A stretch of DNA of 64,000 bases from Patellaria atrata CBS 101060 (lineage: Eukaryota): contig MU006112.1 in NCBI GenBank assembly GCA_010093705.1, positions 124,001 to 188,000 on the forward strand. The letters run 5' to 3'. A program made the position numbers and the translations under genes. Of this stretch, positions 27,801 through 41,761 are shown piece by piece; position 1 is the stretch's first letter; every line of letters begins with the position of its first letter. The notes beneath the pieces were generated by a model, which made no database searches, was not told the origin of the DNA, and saw nothing but the letters and a program-made list of their open reading frames with translations.

Positions 27801-28354
27801 CATGTTAGGTCAGTGATTGCAGTCATTGAATCCGATGTCGCAAAACGAACCTCTTCATGGTTGTCGAAAATGCAGTATCCCCAGAAAGGTCCTGCGCCGA
27901 CAACGTGCTGGTAATTTGTTAGCATCATCCTTCCTCTTCTGTTCGATTATGGTCATACCCGATTTGTAAGAATGTAACCCTTCTCCGCATCGACAACGAA
28001 TCCGGTAGCCTCGCTAGCGACTGCTGAGTCCGTGTCGAAAGCAAACGTTTGACAGAAATGTATTGATACCACGTTCTTCACCACCTTTGTTATAGTTGCC
28101 TGCCATTCCGCAGAGTCTGGGGTAGCTAGTTGTAGCAACGGAGATAACGGCGCAGGCTCGTAGTCCATATCTGTGCCATTAGCCTCGCTGCCCATGGAGG
28201 AACCAGAGCCATTGACATATACAGGCTCAAGTAAGGCTCTCGCCTGCTTTGCCGGACGCTCACTCGAGGGATTGGGAGCTTCTTTGCGCTTATTGCGAGA
28301 GTCCTGGGTATGGCTAGCCAGATCCATAGTTTTACTAGTCTGAGAGGATGCCAT
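24885..28354 (-). CDS. NMA111: Pro-apoptotic HtrA-like serine protease Nma111
   Basis: Contains [30 protein letters not shown], catalytic [11 protein letters not shown]-like regions and a second protease-like half. Seven canonical introns traced. The start codon is uncertain (28327, 28354 or 28540). Confidence 0.95.
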
Positions 28355-29292
28355 CGTTTGAACGGAGCGAATATGCGGGATATGTAAGGATACTTTGTAG
28401 GATAGAGGAGGAAAAGGAATTGCACGCTTGTATGGCTTAGGAAACGTCAGGGCTGTAATATACGTGGTTGTGCTGTTCTTTCCTGCAAGATAATCAGAAC
28501 GAACTGCTCTCCTGAGGCTGAGTCGCAGGCCAACAAGCATCCAGACAACTAAAAGGAGAGGACAGTTGCGAACGCAACCACCGAGATATAAAAGGAGATG
28601 GTGGCGAGAGAGGAGAGTGCGTGGGAGGTATGATCCAATATTGTGAATGATGGCATACAGTTTTCTCTATTCGGAGTCGGCATCCACCCACGCCTCGCTC
28701 TATACAACTCAACCGACCAATCATATGAAAGAGCAACAATGATTTAAATATCTATCTATTTTTGCTTATATCTGCACAGCATATTTCTCGGTTCAGCACA
28801 AACCAACTTATATTACATGAATCTCAACCCTAGAGTTGTCCTACCAACATATATTCTTGGTTAATGCTCTTCGTCCTATTTACATCCAGAATGAAACAAC
28901 ATGTTCTATTGCGATCCGATGTCTACTTACGCACTATGTGTATGATATATTTATTTTGATTACAAACTGGGACACATCGACAGACTGAATGTTCACAGCA
29001 GCGCAAGGTTTTGCGTAGTACGGAATACAGGTTCTCTGGTCTACTGATACGGATGGAGTCGCGAGCGAACTATAGGCGTCGAACTGAGACCACTTAGTGC
29101 AAGCTAGGATTTATCATTCCCGGACTTCGTAGATCAAGAGGCGGTATCCTGGTAGTGGGAGCAAATTCCCAGTCCGAAGCCGCGATGTTAATCATTCCCT
29201 AGTTACAATTGCGGTGTATCCATCTCCAAATTGTCTGTTTATGATCTTTGGCATTATTCCAACATTTCACTCCGCATTTGTACGCCATTACT

Positions 29293-30090
29293 TCACAATA
29301 CACCTGGAGGAGCTTCATATCCTCCTCCATATCCGAATTCGCTTCCCTGCATAGCTGCAGGCTCTTTGGTCGCGGTGCCGGGTTTGAGGTAAAGAATGAG
29401 ACGGAACGCTGCATTTCCGTTCAAATAGTAGCGATGTAATCTTTTCGAACGCAGGAAACCGAGCTTTTCGTACAGTTTCAGGGACGACGTATTCGATGTT
29501 TCTGTCTCGAGAACCACCTGGTAACAATCTATGTCAGGACACTCTCCGATACATTGTAACCAATCTAAGGACCAGAAGAGAATGGGAGGGCGTCAAGGCA
29601 CTGGCGGTCATACTTCATCTGCATCCCGCTCTTTCATAGCATTGATAGCCATACCGACAAGCTTGGTAGCTATGCCCTTTCCCCTATGAGCTTCTTGGAC
29701 AGCCAACATGGCGATATAACCACGGTATGTACCGGAACGATGGTTTTCGAGCTTATTTATAATGATGCCTATGAGGTTTCCCGAGGAATCGAGGGCCTGT
29801 TATTAGACGCGAACTATTAGCGGTAAGCAAACAACATTGAGACGAACGGTATGATCGAGGGCATAAGATGGAGGAAAATCAGTAACATGATAGGGAGCCA
29901 GGTTTACCATATAGCACAGCTCACCCCACTGGTATAGAAAATACCTATAGACATAAATACTATAGGGTTCAGAGAGATCTTTCGAGATCAAGGAGCGAAT
30001 TGCGGGGAGGTACAAAGACTCTTTCGAGCCATCATACTGAACATAATGAAGTTCCGCAGAGGAAGAAGCCCCTGCATCTTGCGCGCTCAT
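29293..30090 (-). CDS. MAK3: N-terminal acetyltransferase NatC catalytic subunit (Mak3/Naa30)
   Basis: [68 protein letters not shown]; two introns. Confidence 0.95.
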
Positions 30091-30404
30091 CTCATTGCAA
30101 TATGTATTTGTAGGGTGAGTTGTACTGTATACTGAATGAACGAACGAAGAGTTGACTGGATGAACAGCGGAGTCAAGTACGGAGTAGTTACGGTAGTAGT
30201 GGGATGCATGTGCAAAGCCAAGAAACGGTGCAGCCGCATCCAGCCGTGGAACGACGGCATGATGCAGGCCGGAAGCTCGTGAAAGAAAGACCTCTAAAGA
30301 TAGTCCGTACTCTTTTTGGGTTTGCGGCCCAACTTCTCCAGCTAGGCCTATTCTTCCCCCGAAGGAGAGCTATATGGCTTAGCTACCTCTATATTTTATT
30401 CAGA

Positions 30405-32490
30405 ATGACTTCTTTTCTTCGTCGTCGCTTCTTAAGAGTTCCATCTGCCGATACCTCTCCAAATCCTACGCCTTCTCCCGCGTCTATCCCTACGGGCAAT
30501 GATCATGAAGATTATCGTCTGGTTTCCGCCAGAACACTCAAACAGCTCACACACGGCAACATAAAGGTGAAGGGTAGCAAGAGACGGAACTTCTGGATAT
30601 TCAGCGTAGGAGGTCTATTCGGAGTAGTACTCGCAGCTTTCTTCGCGGGAAATAATGATCTCATCGATTTGGCTGGGATTGCAGATGTAAATCTAGACAG
30701 TATCTTGGATGTCTTACCCAGTAGTCTCGTCAGAGATGCGCGTGAGCTACAGGTATGTCGAGGTTACAGTTCTTTATAGGAGCATGTTCTGTTACCAGAT
30801 TCAAGATACGAGATTACGGAGACAAGGGCTGAGAGATGGCTAGAAGGGCTTACCATTTCTTTGGATATTAGGAACATGAGCGCGCTGCGGTCAACTACGA
30901 TTCCTTTTCGGTGGGTTTACACGCGAGGTCACAAGGGATCGAAGCAAAGCACCCCGTCATCATGATCCCCGGAGTCATATCTACCGGATTAGAAAGTTGG
31001 GGGACGGAAGAGAACTCAAGACAATATTTCAGGAAAAGATTATGGGGTAGTTGGAGCATGATGAGAGCCTTAGTCCTGGATAAACCTGGTTGGAAGCGGC
31101 ATATAATGCTGGACAAAACAACAGGTCTTGATCCTCCAGGCATCAAGTTGAGAGCAGCTCAAGGGTTTGATGCGACAGACTTCTTTATCACTGGTTACTG
31201 GATCTGGAATAAGATTCTCGAAAATCTAGCTACGATTGGTTACGATCCCACAAACGCGTTTACCGCAGCATACGACTGGCGGATGTCTTACCAGAATTAT
31301 GAGGTTCGAGATCAATACTTTTCAAGACTCAAGGCACACATTGAACTTGCATCAAGAATTTCGAATAAGAAAGTGGTACTCCTATCTCACAGTATGGGGT
31401 CTCAAGTGCTCTACTACTTCTTTCATTGGGTGGAGGCCGAGGGTCATGGCAATGGTGGACCTAACTGGGTTAACGACCACGTCGACTCCTGGATAAATAT
31501 TAGCGGCTGTATGTTAGGAGCTATGAAAGGCATGCCAGCGGTACTGTCCGGGGAAATGAAGGATACTGCACAGCTTAACGCTTTTGCCGTCTATGGACTT
31601 GAGAAGTTCCTCTCCCGGCATGAGCGAGCAGAAATATTTAGAGCAATGCCCGGTATCTCAAGCATGCTACCTATGGGTGGTGAGGCCGTATGGGGCAATT
31701 TAACCTGGGCACCGGATGACAGACCAAACCAAACTCATAGCTACGGCAGCTTCATCAATTTCAAGGAAAAGAACTCTACGGAGACGAAGGCCAATCTTAC
31801 TATTGAGGATGCTATTCCTTATCTATGGAAACATTCAGAGCAATGGTATAAAGATATGGTGATGCACGCTTATTCTTTCGGAGTCGCACATACTACCAAA
31901 GCAGTCGAGTCCAATCAAAACATTCCTGCCAAATGGGTTAACCCTCTCGAAACTCGGCTCCCGCTAGCACCGAAGTTGAAAATATATTGCTTCTACGGAG
32001 TTGGGAAGGAGACAGAACGAGCTTATTTTTACCGCGAAGACTTCGGGCCTGGTCAGGCGGCAAATGTGACAATTGACACAACTTTTTCGAAAGATAGAGC
32101 AGATCATGGAGTTGTGATGGGTGAAGGAGATGGAACGGTGAATCTGTTGTCCAGCGGTTATATGTGCGCAAAGGGGTGGAAGTTGAAAAGGTTCAACCCG
32201 GCTGGTGTGAAGGTTAAGATTTATGAGATGCCTCACGAGCCTGACAGGTTCAGCCCGAGAGGTGGCCCAAATACTGGTACGATGATCTCCTCTGATTTGG
32301 AGGCGTATAATAACATACTGATGTTACTACAGGTGATCACGTTGATATTCTGGGCAGATCGAGCTTGAATGACCTAATTCTAAGAGTAGCTGGTGGGAAG
32401 GGAGAAGATATTGAAGAGACTATCCACTCAAACATCAGAGAATATGCTGAGAAGGTTAAGATATATGAAGAGAATAGTGAATTCTTCTAG
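30405..32490 (+). CDS. LRO1: Phospholipid:diacylglycerol acyltransferase (PDAT, LCAT family)
   Basis: N-terminal transmembrane segment, HPVIMIPGVISTGLESW, AYDWR, lipase-type SHSMG, GDGTV and DHVDILG. Introns 30753-30871 and 32277-32332. Confidence 0.95.
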
Positions 32491-32971
32491 TGGGAGTATA
32501 ACTTCCGCGAAGTTATATTGCATATACGGTGTTCGGCGTGGTGATTGATAGGAAGCATCGATATCATACATTGTGATAATGATGGTTTACAAGATACCTA
32601 TAGAGTGTTTGGGGAGGTAAGATAGCTTTTATGACTTCATTAATCGTATCTTATAGTATTCGATTCTTAATCGCTAATGATATGACTATATTTACCCTAA
32701 TCATGGTGTGAAAAGCACATCACACTGGAGCTCCAGGATCTGCCAATGCACGACATCCCGCTGCTTACACATAGCAACTCTTGTATTCAAGTATCCCTGT
32801 GCATCACCAACATCAAGCAAGCTCGGATAGGTAGGAGGCTACGTAATTGTAGGGAGAAAGGGACATATGCTATCCATCTCACCCGCTTCACAAGACCGCT
32901 CTCCTTTCCCTTCTATCCTTGGACACTTTCCAAACTCTCACATATCTAGCTAAGACCAATAGCATAGCAGA

Positions 32972-34230
32972 ATGTCTACAACACTCAAAGCTTTCGAGGA
33001 TGCAATCTAGCAAGCAGTTGCCGACAAGATCCTACTCGGCGCCGCCGTTGTGGCAGCCACGAAAAATAGTAGGTCTCACACACAAGCATAGATAAACGAG
33101 GCTCATACGAAACCACAAGGCGACGAATTCCTCTACGCGAAAGCCTTCGGCCGCGTCTCCATCAAAGAAGTCGCCGCTCCCATGTCTACACCCTCTATCC
33201 TGCGTCTTGCAAGCGCCACCAAGGTGAGAGCCGCAAAGCCCAGAACATCACAACACCCACCTACCCTTCTCATCCTGCGTCCATCCCCACAATATCCCCC
33301 CTATTCACACACCCAGTTTCTCACCGCAATCTGCGCCCTCCAACTAGTCGAGCGCTAAATCCTCACCCTCGACGACCCGGTAACCCCCTTCCTCCCCGAA
33401 CTCAGCCCGCCCCCCCGGTTTTACCCTCACCGAAACCACCGTCCCAATAACCCTCCGACACCTCCTAATCCACACCTCGGGCCTGGTCTACGACTTCAAC
33501 CCCCTCCTAACCGCCTATCGCCGCCTGCACCCCCGTCCCCCAATTTCAACCAAAAAAACAGTCCAAAACACCTACACCCACCCCCTCGTCTTCGTCCCTG
33601 GAGAGGAGGGGAAATGGGAATACGGACCCAGCCTCGACTGGACCGGCACCCTGATATCGCGCGCCACAAACACGTCTCTAGACGCCTACATCCAGACGCA
33701 CATCTGCGCCCCGCTCTCCCTCGCCTCGACGACGTTCCGCGCGCTCGATTCGCCTACCCTCCGCCCCCGCGTCGTTCCGCTCACGATCAAGAGTCCCGAG
33801 ACCGGGGCCCTAAGTACCAGACCCGTCGACGCAGGGAAGGACGACGGTGGAGGGGAGGGTGAGAAGGAGGACTTCGGCGGCGGCCGCGCGTTCTCCACGC
33901 CCCGAGAGTTCGTGGAGCTCATACGCGCTGTACTTCGCGCGGATGGGACGATTCTTGGTCCAGAGATGGCGGGGAGGTGTTCATGCCGCAGTTGCCGCAT
34001 ACGGACGCGTTACAGGCCGCACTTGGTGCGCATGACGACGCGCGGGACGCCGTGGCCTGCACGCCCTTCGCCAGCCTCGAGGACGCGGGCATGCGCTTGA
34101 ACTGGGGATTGGGCGGGTTGTTGTTCCCCCAGGGTGTGGGGAGGGAAAGTTTGGGAGGGGGACGGTGATGTGGAATGGGTACTGGAGCGTGGTGTGGGTG
34201 AGTTCTTCTCCATGTGGTCTATTCTCATGG
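32972..34230 (+). pseudogene. Beta-lactamase-family (LovD/EstB-like serine hydrolase) pseudogene; 3' boundary approximate
   Basis: ATG 32972, introns 33069-33119 and 33224-33316. Motifs LASATK (SxxK), LTLDDPV, ITLRHLLIHTSG, PLVFVPG..WEYGPSLDW, FMPQL and NWGLGGLL are present, but there are in-frame stops TAG 33008 and TAA 33356 and frameshifts near 33410 and 33975. Confidence 0.85.
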
Positions 34231-35235
34231 TTCACTGCTTGAGAGGGGTTGGAGCTGATGCAGAGGTTGGATAGTTCATCGATCCCGAACGCGAGACGTG
34301 CGGCTTCTGGGGCGCGCAGCACTTCCCCTGCGGCGACGCGGAGCACGCGCGGCTCTTCTCTTTGTTTCAGAAGTGGGTTTATGAGGTCGGTGGGAGGGAG
34401 GAGTGATAGCGTGTCGTTCGGATCCGGTCTGGCCTTCATGGTGGATTTCGTTAGGGTGGTAATTATACGACACGGTTTTACCCCTTTTCGCTTGGAATGG
34501 TTTTATGGTTTTCATATTCTTGACGCTCGTTTATGATATGGTAGCGTTCTGGGTCGGTCTTGGAGGTTTTACTCGCGCTGTCTAGAAGCTACTGCAATAG
34601 AAACTCTTTTAAACTCACACAGGGTCGACGTGCATGTGACGTCGTTGGACGTAAGCACTACGAGGAATATATGAAGGGCACATTGCAAGCGGGGATGCAG
34701 TGAATCTACTTCGTTCTACGGTGGTAACATTGGTGAAAGGTACTGTACACTCCATCTCCCCGTCAAAACCCAATAGACACTACCAAGATAGGCCATCGCT
34801 CATTACCCCCGATCCCGTGCCTACGACTGCCTTCCAATGTCCAAGTTATCCAGTTCCCTCCCCGCTCGGTTCCTCGCGATTAACCACAACCACCTAATCA
34901 TCCCCTAAGCTGCTTGCGCAAGAGTTCTTTCGATTAAAACAGATACTGTGAGTGCAAATATGGCATGAATCCGTAGATCAGCCAAGGAAAACCACGAAAA
35001 AGAAGATACGGAGAAAAGGTAAAGCGAAGGTGACAGTTCGATGAAAATGTGATGAGAGAAAGATCATGACGGCGTGACCGAACCCGTTCCTTTGCAGGAA
35101 GAAAAACCAAGAGAATTGAAGTCGACAAACAGATGGTCGCGGAATGGGGAAAGGAAAAGAAAGGGGTAAATATAATACACAAACTCCGGCTAGAACGCAT
35201 CAAGTAAATAAACATCAACATCAGCATCTATAGGG

Positions 35236-38200
35236 CTAAGGCTCCAACGCCTTGCTCCGTCTCCTAATCTCTTCATCGCTTAATGACGCCATCCACAAAC
35301 ACCTTCCCAACAACGAATCCCTTGCATCATCCCCTTGTATGGTTGGGAACTCGTATCGTCCCATGTTACTGACGAGTCTCAATAAACCTTTGACGATTGT
35401 TGCCGCGGTATGATGCCTCTCGAAGTTGACCAGTTTTTCCCCTTGCCCGGTGGGATTATCGATATACGCTGGTTTCTGAGCGTTGTATACGAGATCCTTG
35501 GTATACAACCCGAGAAACGGGATGCACGGTTCCTCGGGACTCACCATCTCAATTTCCCTTCTGAGGGTGTGAAAGTTGCGGAAGGGTTGAACAAGGGTTT
35601 CGAGGGATTTGAGGGTACGCAGGTCAGAAGGTGAGACTAGATCCCAGGTTTTGGTCAAGCGAGTGACATCATTACTCGTAAGAGCGGTGGTAAGTTGGTA
35701 CATCGTTGCATAGTTGTGTAGTTGGCGGGCGTGGGCGGCGATGTGGATGTACTTGCTTATGCAACTGACCCTCTCCTCTAATATTTCGCAAAGGACAATC
35801 TCAGAGATTGCCCATTTAGACATGAGGTTAAAGCGAGCGATTACCAAATCGACGGAGCGAAGCTTGCCTTTAGGTGCAGAGGACAGATATGTTACCCAAT
35901 CCCGGACATCTGGAGGATGATGTGACCATTGTATTTCTATGAGATCAAACCAATCAATTCCCTCCAGAGCATCTCTTTCAACTATTGTGAAATGCTGGGC
36001 AAGCGTTTTCGAGTCATACGCTAAGATGAACGGCAAGTGTGCTGCAGCTTGAGGAGTTTGATTCGGCTTCAGATCCGCCAACTCGATGGGCTGTGTCTCA
36101 GTTGGAGACGCTCCGTGTCCACCCTGTGAGAAATAATGGGGTCCTATTTTTAGCGTTGGCGTAAGACCCGGGGTTGGGAGACCAGTAGGGAATTCCGTCT
36201 TTCTGAGATCGGCCATCTTGTGGACAGTAGGTGACTCGGGCTTTGTAGGCGGTGGCGTCGGTGGTAATCTCAGAGGATGCGGCAAGAACTCGTCTAAATC
36301 CATATTCGGAGATTCGTCGTCAAAGAAAGAGCGGACATCGTGGTTAGGATCAGGGTCTTCAACGGCTTCAACAGCAACATCTGAGAAGCTCTCATCATCT
36401 TCAAGTAAGAATGATTGATGAGTGGCAGCGGGTGACCTTGGAAGCGTGGACCCTCGTCGAATTCGTCGCATACTATCAGTCTCCACAACGTGTTCAATAG
36501 AGGAACCAGGCGTTGCAAGACCGTAGCTGAGTTCGTTCCTCAACCTATGGGACGACACGGGAGTCGCAGGAGGTAATGGATTCTCGACCGGTATAACCTG
36601 CTGACGAGTTGCTTGTCTTGTACGAATCATGTCGATGTCGCTCAACCCACGGTCCAGCAAGGGCACTGAGGAATAGGAATCTTCAGAAGCAGCTGCAGAT
36701 TCTGCCCTAGGTCGATTTGGCCTGAGAGGCGAAGGCATGATATCCACGACTTGTGATTCAGCACGTTGCGGTTGCTGTTCAAAGTACTGGATGTCCTTTT
36801 CGTGCTGTTGATCTGGCTCCACCTGCGTCCGTGATACTGATGTTCGCGTTCCGCTTCCTTGACCCATCGATACAGGACTGGTAGCTCCATCTCCCGCCTG
36901 TGCGCGAACGTCAGGACTACGCTTCTCGTATCTACCTTCGAGCTTCATCAAAGCCGTATCAACTCCTCCATCGTCGTCATCGTCATCTGGTATCTGTGCA
37001 ATCTTGTCCGCTTCTGCCTGAAATGACGGCCGCAGATTCGGTTGCGACGAATGGCTCTGAATCAATGAGAATAGTCTCCGAGGTGCCGGTTCACCACCAT
37101 CTGTGTCTTCTTGTATAGGCGTTGAACCCATCATGGAGTAGGACTGGGTTGATATTGAGCCCGTCGACCTCGGTCTTGGTCTGTGCTCCAAGTCATTTAC
37201 ATTTCCAACCCCACGGAGATTACCACCGGGGCGCCGTCTCAGCTGATGTGCTGGTTGACGCTCAAGGACAAATGGGTCACCTTCGGAAGATTGAGTATAG
37301 ACATCTGATAACGCACTAGCAACGCTATACTTGCGCTGATGCTTGGCGATTCCGCTCTGATACGATGCGTACCTGCGTAGCGAAGTAGAGCCCGATCGCG
37401 CGGATCTAACTGATTGGCTATGCCGTAATAGAGAAGGCCGTCTTAGCGGTGGACTTCGATGTGCAGGTTCGAGAGGCGTGACAACATCCTGTTGTTCCGT
37501 CACAGACATTTGGAGCTCAGCCGTTTCTCTAGGTGGCGAGGCAACGATGCTGTCGAGGGAATAGTCTCGTCGATGATTTTCTAGTTCGCGGGTTTGGACA
37601 GCTGGTTGTAGCGCAAGGGACCGACGAGTAGCTTCCGCGATGAGTTCCTTATCTGGATTCGGGCTGTGGAGAGCTCCTGACATCAAGGGGAGATCTGGTG
37701 CACCAGTATCATCGAAAATAACAATAGATGCACTTCCCATAGTGACATTACTGTTCAGACGCATAAGGTTCTGATTTCTATCAGGTTTGGGGATAATGTC
37801 TTGCGCTGGCGCTGTGGGAGGCTCAGCAAACGCCTCATCCTGTTCGGAAGGGTAGTCCTTTGGCTGACCACTTTCAGATGTAACTTCCAGTACGACATGT
37901 TTGTAACTCTCGCTAACCTTTGCTGCTAATAGATCAATGCGAATCTGTGGCCGTCCACGAGCATGTCGACGTTTGTACATAGTATCAGCTACAGAGAAGG
38001 TGGTGGAAACAGTAGGTCCAGAATTTCCGGTAGCCGAACCAGGAGGGGTTTGCTGCCGCGGTATACCTATTGTCGATAATGGCTGTCCTTGTTTATTACT
38101 CATTGCACGTCTAACGCTACCAAGGATCTTTCTCAGCGCAGGACTGGATACAAGACTGTGCTTTGGGATGCCACCTGGCGTGTTGCCCTCATTGAACGTC

Positions 38201-40472
38201 CCGAAGTCGAGGACAGATTTAACAGATCTGAGACTACGAGGGCCTCGGGCATCAATGTACGGTGACCCTGGATGTATAATTGCACCCCTTACTAGACGAC
38301 CTGGAACATGTGAACCGGCTAACAAGTATTCTTTAGGAGGGGACTTTGCAACCTGCATCGGGTTTCGATGATCTCTTAGTGCGTCAGAAAAGCTTCCGCT
38401 TCGCTTGCGTGCATGGCCCGGTCGGAATGGTTTAACAGCTGTAGTGGGACTGCTAGCCGGTACGGCAGGAACGGGATGAGGGTGAGGATACAGCGGTAGT
38501 TCGGTCCCTGGGTCCGTACGATGCAGCCCCCTCATAGGAATGGAGCATGATAGAACCTGCATACTTTGCTCACTGGCTGGTGATAGTGGCACTGCATAAT
38601 CCGTCGCTCCAGACGAATATGGCATGGACGAGTGAAGTGCAGAGGTGAGCGATTGTTGTGGAATATGGCGCGCTCCTTGTTGCCATGGTTTGCTTGGCGA
38701 TGTATCTATGGGGTACGATGTAAAAGCAGCATTCTCCAGCTTGCCTTGAGGGTGATGGGGTGTAAACGGCCTTGAGACCTGACTCGGCACACTTTGAGAA
38801 TCCCGAGTCCCATAAGCGCCTCCAGGTAAGATATCGTCGTCGTCACGTTCCTCGATAGACATATTGTCGAAGTCCCAAAACTCCATGCATGTGTTTTTCC
38901 AGCTTCTCTTAAGCTGACGTAGAATATTCAGGTCTCCTTTGGCACTATCGCCTCTTGATCGTAGTTCTCGGCATAGATCATTTACAAGTGAACAGAAGTG
39001 CAATCTCAGATCGTAATCTAGTAGGAAATCATCCTCGAAATAGTTTAATATCCAGTGTCGCAATGCGGCAAACACTCTCACTCGAACAACACGGCCGGAT
39101 TGATCGGCGCGGTCTACAGCCCATCGAAGCCGTGCCAATAGTAAATCGACTACATCACTCGTCGATAAAAAAGAGCGGAATGTTAAGAAGAAGCTGGAGA
39201 CAAGTTCGTAATCTAGAAACTTGTCTGAAGTGATGTGTAGGATAAGTCGTGAAGGAGTAGCAGCGAGAACCTCCCCAGTAGGAGAAAATCGCACTACGGA
39301 GTTATCATCAGGATTGATGGCTAGTATGTCATATAACTGAGGACCGATAGTAACTTTCGAGGTACGTGCTGTCGAAGGTTGGAGCCATTGTGAAACGTGC
39401 TTGTTGGATCTGTTGATAGTACTCCTTGGCCCGTTTTGCCCTTGGACAAAAGCATCAGAATGCCGGCGTGACATCATGGACTGATGAACCATTCCAGGTG
39501 GAGCAGGAAAAAGTTTATCATAACCGACCCTAGAGAATACAGACGACCGGAAATCGTCCGTTCCTGATGCTCTGGTGTAAACAGAACTTCGCAGGATAGC
39601 TGTCCCACGAGCGCTGAACCGCGGCGTACCAAGTCGATAATTAGGAATAGGAACTTCCAGTATGGGAAACGCTCCACTTCCAGATGTCTTTGGACGTCCT
39701 CCTAGGCTAGGTCGCTCTATAACAACCTTGAAGGTTCCAGAGCGACCACTTTGTGAATTTGTATGTTCGTCAACCGTGGAAAATGAATGCGACCTAATGT
39801 GGCGTGGACGTTTCGGTGAAGAAGATATTCTTGGTGCGGCGTTCAACTCAATGTTTTTCGGAACAGGAGGCGGAGGAGAATCGCGATGTGGATGTCTACT
39901 TGACGTACGTGATCCAGAAAGGAAGCTCTCTCGCCAAGCATGACTGGAAGCTCGTTCGGGATGATTCTTGTTGCCTTCTGTATTTGCGCTATCTGGAGGA
40001 GTAACTGGTGGGAATACAAACGGATCGGGCGCTGGACGTGACTGATTAGGTGCACGCTGTATCACGGGTCTGTACAAACGACTTTTTGTAAGCAATTGAA
40101 AGATCGTACACTCCCTGCAAACGAGACAGGACAAACGAGGACTATTCTGGAATGTAGTTCCTTCTGTGTGTTTTACGCGTACCTGAGGTAAATCACGCCG
40201 TTGTTGCCCACGTTTCCCACTGTGAATTGTCGTCCTCCTCTTGCAGCTGCTCCACTCTCGGCTGAGATGTCGTTGCTCCCACCTCTGCGAGCTCGTAAAG
40301 CTTCGGTGCTGTTCTTCGCGCGTCGCAGAGAGTTCTGTCGAGGTCTTCTTCGAATATCATCGTCGCCAACCTTGCGTTTCACCCCTTGAGGCGGTGGGTT
40401 CACGGATAGGTCTGTTGTCGCACGCATCCGCGTCGGCAATGGATGCGTTGTAGGACCATCCTGGCCCATCAT
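35236..40472 (-). CDS. LTE1: Lte1-like Ras guanine nucleotide exchange factor (REM domain plus C-terminal RasGEF domain)
   Basis: Exon 1 40472-40183, intron 40182-40070. REM (DYELVSSFFLTFRSF, RVRVFAALRHWILNYF), long low-complexity spacer, then CDC25-like domain (FILAYDS..LAQHFTIVE, CIPFLGLY..DL, LVNFER). Confidence 0.88.
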
Positions 40473-40684
40473 TCATCCTTCGAAGCGGATCAGGAACAAC
40501 AAGTCCCAAGGTGCAGGTTCAGAAATGTTATTATGCGGGGTGCAGCAGGAGGCTTAAACAGGCGATGGCATAGTTCTCTTCTTCAATATAAAATGCAGAT
40601 GAAGATGCAGGTTTAGAGAGAGAGGCGTAGTGAAGTTGGTAGTAGGTAGAGTGAGTGGCTCACTTTGGGTAGATTGGGCTTTCC

Positions 40685-40700
40685 GGGGGGGGGGGGGGGG
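40685..40700 (+). repeat. Poly-G tract (16 nt) about 210 bp upstream of the LTE1 start
   Basis: Seen directly in the sequence. Confidence 0.95.
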
Positions 40701-41019
40701 TGGGGTTCTCGTCTAGGATGATAGGATGGTGGATGGGGGGTGGGGTCTTGGGTGGCATATAATAACAAATTTGGGTCCCAACTCAAGCAGGTCCAACTCC
40801 AACATTAATCATTTATCATCAGTACCGGATCTTCATTTTGGGTACTGTAGAGTACGAAACTCGATCAGCGTTATTAGAGACGGTTTACAGTGCGATTGGA
40901 AACTACTGTAGGAGTAGTACCAATACTTTCTACCCGAACATATAGTAGAACCTAACTAGACCACCAGCTTGGTGATATTCGTTCCCCGATGAATTTGATA
41001 GGCCGCCCTCCCTTTTTGT

Positions 41020-41059
41020 CTACAGTGGTGTATCCTTCTACAGTGGTGTATCCTTCTAC
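41020..41059. repeat. 18-bp tandem duplication (CTACAGTGGTGTATCCTT) x2.2
   Basis: Seen directly in the sequence. Confidence 0.9.
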
Positions 41060-41761
41060 TTGAACACCATCTTTTTCTTGTGTTTGTCTTAAGCTTGACC
41101 ATTGGATTTGAAGGCCTTGCGTTAGTCTTTTTCCGTACTACCACCGGCTACCAAGAACGTTTGAAATAACTGTTTCTCCATCTACCGCGACCGTACAAAC
41201 GTTCATGTTAGGTTGTCTGCAAGTCAGAATCGCCTAGGCCATGCCAAAGATGACAGCTTGGACCTTCGAGGGCAGTCAGCACACCCTCTTTTTCGAATTT
41301 CTCGATGCAACGCTTTGATGCGCCGATTCGTGGGTACTGTAGGTGCATGTTAAGCAGACATTTGCCTGAAATTTGGGCGCAGATCGCACGTGGAAGTGAC
41401 AAGTACTTGGGTCCGCTAGAAAGCCGACCTGAGACCAAGGGACACTTGGGACGCTTAAGACCCAAAAACATCATCGGGGAGAAGCCGATCTGGAGATGTT
41501 CCTCCTTACCTTCCTATCTCAGGAGCACTTGCCCTTTCTGAATCCTTCGTTCTACCTCTCTTTTGCTTTTGCATCTGCAAAATGTGCGTAATTCTTCTTT
41601 TTTGCCAGCCTTCTGGGAATATGCTAAAGACGCATTCTTGTTTTTTTGTTTTTTTTTTCGCCATGAAAGCAGTCAAAGCACTGACCCCTCTCATCTCGAT
41701 CCTCTAACAAACAGCTTTAGGCCATGATGTCAAAGGCAGCCCCCCTCCATGAAATTCGGAG

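Noticed and set aside
30204..30404. In-frame upstream ATG extending Lro1 by 67 aa
   Set aside because: It lies in the roughly 315-bp divergent promoter shared with MAK3, probably upstream of the TSS, and the peptide shows no targeting character.
33008..33010. Premature TAG as a possible A-to-I editing-rescued stop codon
   Set aside because: The gene also has a TAA stop and frameshifts that editing could not repair, so a pseudogene is the simpler explanation.
2534..40472. ras2 and LTE1 in the same window as a functional cluster
   Set aside because: They are about 32 kb apart with many unrelated genes between them, so co-location is not evidence of linkage.
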